This document shows positions 58,001 through 64,000 of a DNA stretch of 64,000 nt, in pieces. This stretch comes from Eledone cirrhosa (taxonomy: Eukaryota). Made by a program: the position numbers and the translations under genes. Where the stretch lies: positions 362,514,001-362,578,000 of the forward strand of contig OZ024741.1 of the NCBI GenBank assembly GCA_964016885.1, in the 5' to 3' direction. The notes under the pieces are model-generated. The model had not been told where the DNA came from, ran no database searches, and was given only the letters and a program-made list of their open reading frames with translations. Position 1 is the first letter of the stretch. Every line of letters starts with the position of its first letter.

Positions 58001-58875
58001 GGGGGGGTCAGTAGTTCCAAATGGAGTGTAAACACGAGTAGAAGTGGCAAAAACTGATCTCAGGATCCCGAACCTCATATCATAAGAGATGATAAAGAAA
58101 TGTAATGAATGGTGTGATGTGTAGCAGAGTTGAGTAAATTCTGCTCATCCCATGTAAGTATGGAAAAAAAGGCTATAAAGAATTGCACACACACATATAT
58201 ATATATATACCATATATACTCGAGTAATAGTCGATCTCATGTTGATCCTTTATTTTTGGCCAAAAAATCAGGAATTTTCCAGACCACGTATAAAAGTCAA
58301 CCCTATTATTTCAAGGATAACAGTTAACATTTGTGGGTCAATGTATCACCCTATATGTAGAAATAACACTGTTACAAAATCGTCAGGAATTTCAGAGGCA
58401 AATTTATATTATTGCAAATACATGTTTGAAACTAAAGTTTTACCCAAACGAGTGCCAAAAGTTTGATGGATACAAGTAAAAGACCAAGTGTAAATATATA
58501 TATAAGAGCTACGCAGCCTTGTTTATGGATATTGTTATTTACTAGGACACACGTTTTGGTACAGAGAATTGGTAATATTACTGTAATTCATTCTGTTTTC
58601 TTTTTTATTTATTTAGAGATCATTTGGGCTTCTGCTACTGATACGGTACTTTGGATTCTAGCTTGAATTTCAAGCAGTAGTTTCCTCAAAAGTAGTATCC
58701 ATGTAATAGTCGACACCATAAATTTAACCTTAAAAATAATCTTAAAAATTTGACTTTTACATTGATTATATAAGGTATATATAATAGGACTTTTACACAA
58801 GTGTATAAGGTATATATAAATATAGGACTTTTACACGAGTATATAAGGTATATATACGTGTCTAAAACTACGTAC

Positions 58876-59101
58876 CTTTCACCAAATATTAGAGTGTATA
58901 TGATACTCAAAGAGAAGAGTGCCATCGGGTCGCTCAAGGAGAATGGTTTACCATTGTGAGATTCAAAAACTTCGCTCAAACTCTGGGTTTCCAAATATAT
59001 CTGTTCTTCTAAACTTCTCTTGCCCATTCCTAAATCACGTAGTGTTGAAATAGTAAACCTTTTCAGGTCTTTCCATTCTTTGCCAATGTTAAAGAAAATA
59101 C
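58876..59101 (-). CDS. CYP2-clan P450 exon 2
   Basis: ttgtttcag acceptor; GIFFNIGKEWKDLKRFTISTLRDLGMGKRSLEEQI (C-helix, CYP2-like); donor AG|GTACGT; 226 nt; phase fits exon 1. Confidence 0.93.
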
Positions 59102-59322
59102 CTGAAACAAAAATGAAATTAAGAACATGTATTTCGTTTTGGAATATTGAAAAATGAGAACTGCACTTCAGGCGCACATAATAAGCAGCAGTACGATCAG
59201 GGATTTCATGTAGAAAAACATTGCGTAAATTTACTTTCAATATTGAAAGTAAATATTTAGTTAGGCCGGAAGTTGTGGTGCACGTGGACTTCATGCATAA
59301 CTAACTAAATATCGAAAGAAAT

Positions 59323-60713
59323 ATGTCTGGAAGACCGCGTGCACCACAATTTATGTTGAGAATATTAATTCACCAGAAGAAACTTTAAATCTGAATTTAA
59401 CACACCGTGAAATGCATTTAATTACAGCAAACAATCGCTCTACTCTGGAATTTCTGGCTAGCAACAGGTTAATTTCAAATACTGTTAATTGTACTGCCCT
59501 GCAATATTTTATGTTCGTTTGTGACTTTGAAAGACGGGATTGATGGCTTCAGATGGAAATGTAAGGCATGCAACTTTACGCAATCGATTCGTTGTGGATC
59601 CTTTTTTATTAGAAGTCATTTGAATCTATAACACATTCTCGATTTTATCTACTATTGGTATTTTGACACCGAAAATGTTGTTATTTCAATTCAAATTCGT
59701 TGTAACAATACAAGTACCATTACCGACTGGTGCAATTTTATGCGTGATGTATGTAGTGAATGGGTTAAGCAAAATCCGGCGATACTCGGTGGTCTGGATT
59801 CTAACGGATTACCAATAACTGTTCAAATTAATGAGAGCAAATATTTTCATCGTAAATATGCTCGTGGGCTCTGGCATGAAGGGCATTGGGTCATTGGCGG
59901 AATTGATATTAATAATACCCGCAATATTTTTCTCCATGAAATCTCTGATCGTACTGCTGCCCCTCATTGAAAGGTACTGTGCAAATGGATCGATGATCCA
60001 TACAGATGAGTGGCGGGCATACAATCAAATACCAAATTTGCCTGGTCGTTATACACATCTAACTGTCAACCATTCGCAGCATTTCGTTGATCCCATATCC
60101 AGTACACACACGCAAAATATTGAGGGGATGTGGTCTCATGCCAAAAAAAAACTGAAACGCATCAATGGTACCAGCCGACCACTATTTCAGTCGTATTCAA
60201 GGGAGTTTGAGTGGCGATGGCGCAATACCACGTATCCAAGTGGAGAAGGTAAATGTTTCGAAAAAATTTTAAACTGTATATCGCAACAATATATTGTTTA
60301 AAGAAAAAAAATACTGTATATTGCAACAATAAAGAAATTTTTTTTCTGTTGTTAAAAACTGTAAATCTGTTTTTAAAAAAATGTATTTCGCAACAATATT
60401 TTTGTTAAAAACTGTAAATAAATATTTATGTAAAAATGAAGCATAGTTTTTCTGTGAAAAACTGTAAATAAATATTTATTTTGTTCAAAAATCAATCAAA
60501 AATCTAATTTTCTCTGTTTATATTTTAATAAATATTTATTATAAAAATTCAATGTTTTTCCGTGTAAAAATGAAGCATGTAAGATAATGAATATGTAAAA
60601 ATCAAGCAGTAGCAGCAGCAGCTGATGACGTGTCGTGACGTATTGTGTAGTGGGTGGAGCTAATAACTGATTGTCGATGATGATCATTTAGGACACTAAA
60701 ACCAAGTATCGCC
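59323..60713 (+). mobile_element. Merlin (IS1595/ISXO2-like) DNA transposon remnant
   Basis: VQINESKYFHRKY.RG..WVIGGID, IHTDEWRAY and HLTVNHSQHFVDP..HTQNIEGMWS DDE motifs; N-terminal WKCKAC; frameshift near 59965; possible right TIR ending ..agtatcgcc at 60713. Confidence 0.85.
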
Positions 60714-61514
60714 CCCCTGGGTCTCCTGCCGGTTGGTTTTGCCCGTAAAATATTCTAACGATTCTTTCCTGAGACATTCTAACCACAGGTTCATAGTATC
60801 GGAGCTATGATCTCTTAATTCGAAGAAGTAGCGGATCTACCTGAAGTGACGGTTTATATTTGAGTATGTAAGGTACTTTAAAAATTGTAAGTCCAACAAT
60901 GTGATTTAGGCTTTGTTACTTTATGAACTGGGTTTCTTGTCTGCAATGTCTGAAGCTTTACCTGAATATCTCTGAAACGTCGGTTGCAAACGAAAGACGA
61001 TTCTCAGGATTTGATCATTCTTAAGATGCACAATGATTTACGAACTATTTTCTTCATTGTAGAGAAACTCATCGATTTAGGACAAGAAAAGGTATTAAAG
61101 CTATATAACCAAATCATTTATAATATATATTTAAATGAAATAAGTGTTTATTACTTATTAAAACATCATGCATCTTTACTTTTAAATGTGTTCGTTATTT
61201 GTTAATAGTTTGCTGATTCTACTATATGAAAGCTTTTCAAATGATTTTAGTATAGAAATGCATTGAACATTTAGGAAGAAATATATCATGTGTCTTTTCT
61301 ATTAATCCCCTCCACTCTAAATAGTTAGAGCTATAACTCACTGTATTTTTGTTTGTTAAATTTAATGAACTAGGTAATCCAGCTACAGTTTAGTGTCTCC
61401 CATTCGACCTTTACTAACTTTTGTAAAGCAATTATGTTAAGCCAGGTTAACACTGATGTGTTTGGACTGATATATGTAAGTATGTATGTTTCTTAAAATA
61501 AAATTATGACATAC

Positions 61515-61881
61515 CTTTCTTTTGGGACAGTTTATTAACAATGTAGATCCAATAGGGCCTTCCTTTCAGTTGATCTCCTTTCTTTACTAATCCTTCCAGA
61601 ATCCATTCAGTTTTACATACAACTATCGTAGTGTCGGACCCAATTTGAAGTTGGAAAATATCTCCGTGTTGTTTTCGAAAAGTCTTCATCTTTATATTAA
61701 AATCTGTGGTTGTAATCAGCTGAGGTAAATTTCCAATTATTGGAAAAGATATTGGACCCGGAGGTAAATTGTATCTATGTTTTGGTCGTGTCATCAACCA
61801 TCGTATGATCAGTAGAATGACCAATCCAAACAAGAAACTTTGTATATTAATTTCAGTAAAATATAATGCTGAAGTATCCAT
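61515..61881 (-). CDS. Cytochrome P450 (CYP2 clan) exon 1
   Basis: ATG at 61881; N-terminal TM anchor (FLFGLVILLIIRWLM) and proline-rich hinge PPGPISFPIIGNLPQL; donor AAAG|GTATGT; 367 nt, phase 1. Confidence 0.93.
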
Positions 61882-62409
61882 ACTGAAATTTTGTCTTGCC
61901 TTATTGTTGCAATGACGAATCCGAATCTACAACTGAATAACTTTCTCCCAGAAACAAGACTTCCTAAACATAGATGTTATTTAAATCTGATCTACATTCA
62001 AAATAAACAATAATTATGCTGAAGCGCGTGAAACTTTAGTATATATCGTAACCTATTTTCTCTTCCAATTTAGTTTAACTGAAAGGAAAGTAGTAGAGCC
62101 AGTTCTGTCGTCTATATCTATAGTCGAAGTCAGTCTAAATGTTTCTCTGTTGACCCTGAACTTCATTATAGCACTGACAGTAATCTATTAACACTGTTTG
62201 TTTAGTTCAACTGAAAAAAATGTTATCAATTTATTAATAGTCATGCTTAAGTTCATATTTTAGTTTGCGATTGCAAAAAAAGTGAAATTATAAGATATGA
62301 TAAGCAGAAAATAACAAAATAAAAAGGTAATGCAAAAGACAAACAAATGTATTATATAATTAAATATGTATATGATGCTACACTGATTCTTTGTTCCCAA
62401 TTATTATTA

Positions 62410-62633
62410 TAGTGGTTTGACAGTATCGGTAGAGAGTCGGACACCATGCTTTGCAGCATAGAGTTATGGCCTTTTACGGTCTGAGTTCAAATCCCGCCTT
62501 GGTTAACTTTGCCTTTCATCCTTACGGGGTCGATAAAATAAAGTACTAGTAACGTACTGGGGTTGATTTAATCGACTTTTTTCTCTCCCAAAATTACCGG
62601 CCTTGTGCCTATACCAGAAATCATTATTATTAT

Positions 62634-62636
<3 letters not shown>
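62410..62636 (+). mobile_element. SINE copy ~0.5 kb upstream of the P450 ATG
   Basis: Same family as 3255-3432; (TTA)n tail. Confidence 0.75.
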
Positions 62637-62706
<70 letters not shown>

Positions 62707-62996
62707 TATATATATATGAAAAGTATAGAAATTATTGTAGCAAGAAGCCAACAGTATTCCATAATATATAAGTGACTATAGCGTCAAAATGGAAAAATAG
62801 TTAACGTAAGATGTGGGAAAATAATTCAAACTCAATTCAAAAAGAATCAGGATATAGATTCATCCACAGAATTTGGTGAAATCCAGGGAAAAATCAATAG
62901 AGCCTTAACTCAGAATAAAATAAAGTTTAAAATACTCATCCTTCAATTTGGAAAAACTACAAATGCTCTGTATAGTCTTAAAAAAGACTATTTCAC

Positions 62997-63044
<48 letters not shown>

Positions 63045-63078
63045 TTATACAATTATCAAAGTTGTGTTCAAATCATTT

Positions 63079-63128
63079 AATAGCTGACAATCGTTTCTTC
63101 CAAACTCGTTTGGAATCATCGGAGCATT
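63079..63128 (-). ncRNA. Minimal hammerhead-like fold with CCGA core
   Basis: AAUGCU-CCGAUGA-UUCCAAAC ga GUUUGGAA-GAAA-CGAUUG-UC/AGCUAUU. Confidence 0.65.
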
Positions 63129-64000
63129 ATCAATGTTTGCACATATAATTACCCTCCTATTCAACTGAACAATAATATAGATACATATAAATTGATGTTG
63201 TGAACAACAGTTTCGTATTTACAGGGTGGAATGGATGTGACATATATTTTACGAGAATTGTACAATAATTGTACAAACATTCAAGTTCAAATTCAAATCA
63301 AAATTAAAATTAAAATCAAACGCACGGAGTGGAATACATGGAACAGTTAAAACAAGGGAATAGTCCAAATATTAAAGAGGCATTGAGGAAGCAGTTTTGA
63401 GAAAGGAAGAGCGCGACAACAAATCATATGCAGGCGTGTGGATAGTGTGACTGCGTAAGTCATATACATGAGAAGGAGACAAGCAAAGCTATTATGCATA
63501 TATAGATGAATAAATACTGCAGTTGAAGCAAATATGTTAATGTATTAGAGTCTATGGTGGATATTGAATGTTGATAGCGTTCGAATTAATGTGTGTTGAG
63601 AAACATACAGTTTTTGCAGACTTTTCCATGACATATGTTGAATTAAATTTTAGTTAATGTTTATATTGAGTGTTTTAAGTTAGTTAGAACAATGGCTTGT
63701 AAATTAGTCTTAATGAATTCATATTCATAGACTATATTTGATCAACCGTTAAATTTTCAATCGTTAATTTCCGGAAGTGAATGAGGGGAGGTAACTAGCT
63801 AATTAAGTTCAATTCAGTTATTAAAATTCTTTGTTCTAATACACAATATAATGTGATACCATTGGATCTCTGTTACATAACCCTGTATATTTATGCCTGA
63901 TTTTAAATACAGTGTATTCTACTAAAGGTTTCTTTAGATTGTTATCTATTCATTACTGGACAAGGTGTATGTTATGAAGAATTATACAGTTGTTAATATG

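Noticed and set aside
59323-60301. Bacterial IS1595 contamination or horizontal transfer
   Set aside because: Eukaryotic Merlin elements share these motifs; this copy is decayed, AT-rich and embedded in a host intron
60941-60988. Possible minimal hammerhead (ctgaagc...gaaacgtc)
   Set aside because: Core A9 is altered, and stem II and stem I pair poorly; at best a decayed Penelope-type terminus

Overview
Repeat-rich, AT-rich animal genomic DNA. The SINE/RTE/microsatellite complement is most consistent with a coleoid cephalopod (octopus-like); this is an inference. The backbone is one minus-strand CYP2-clan cytochrome P450 gene: six frame-compatible GT-AG exons run from ATG 61881 to 544 (about 370 codons, through the ExxR motif), and the remaining PERF/heme exons lie beyond the left edge. 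Its introns (up to 40.8 kb) hold RTE, Dong/R4, Tx1 and Penelope retroelements, a Merlin/IS1595-like transposase remnant, Helitron-like fragments, SINEs, and a ~14.7 kb higher-order satellite apparently built from a Tc1/mariner-type MITE. The most interesting signal, invisible to the ORF track, is at least six type I hammerhead-ribozyme folds with palindromic stem III. These include a 540-nt retrozyme-like unit with a U3-A8 covariant core and two related copies sharing a non-canonical CCGA core.
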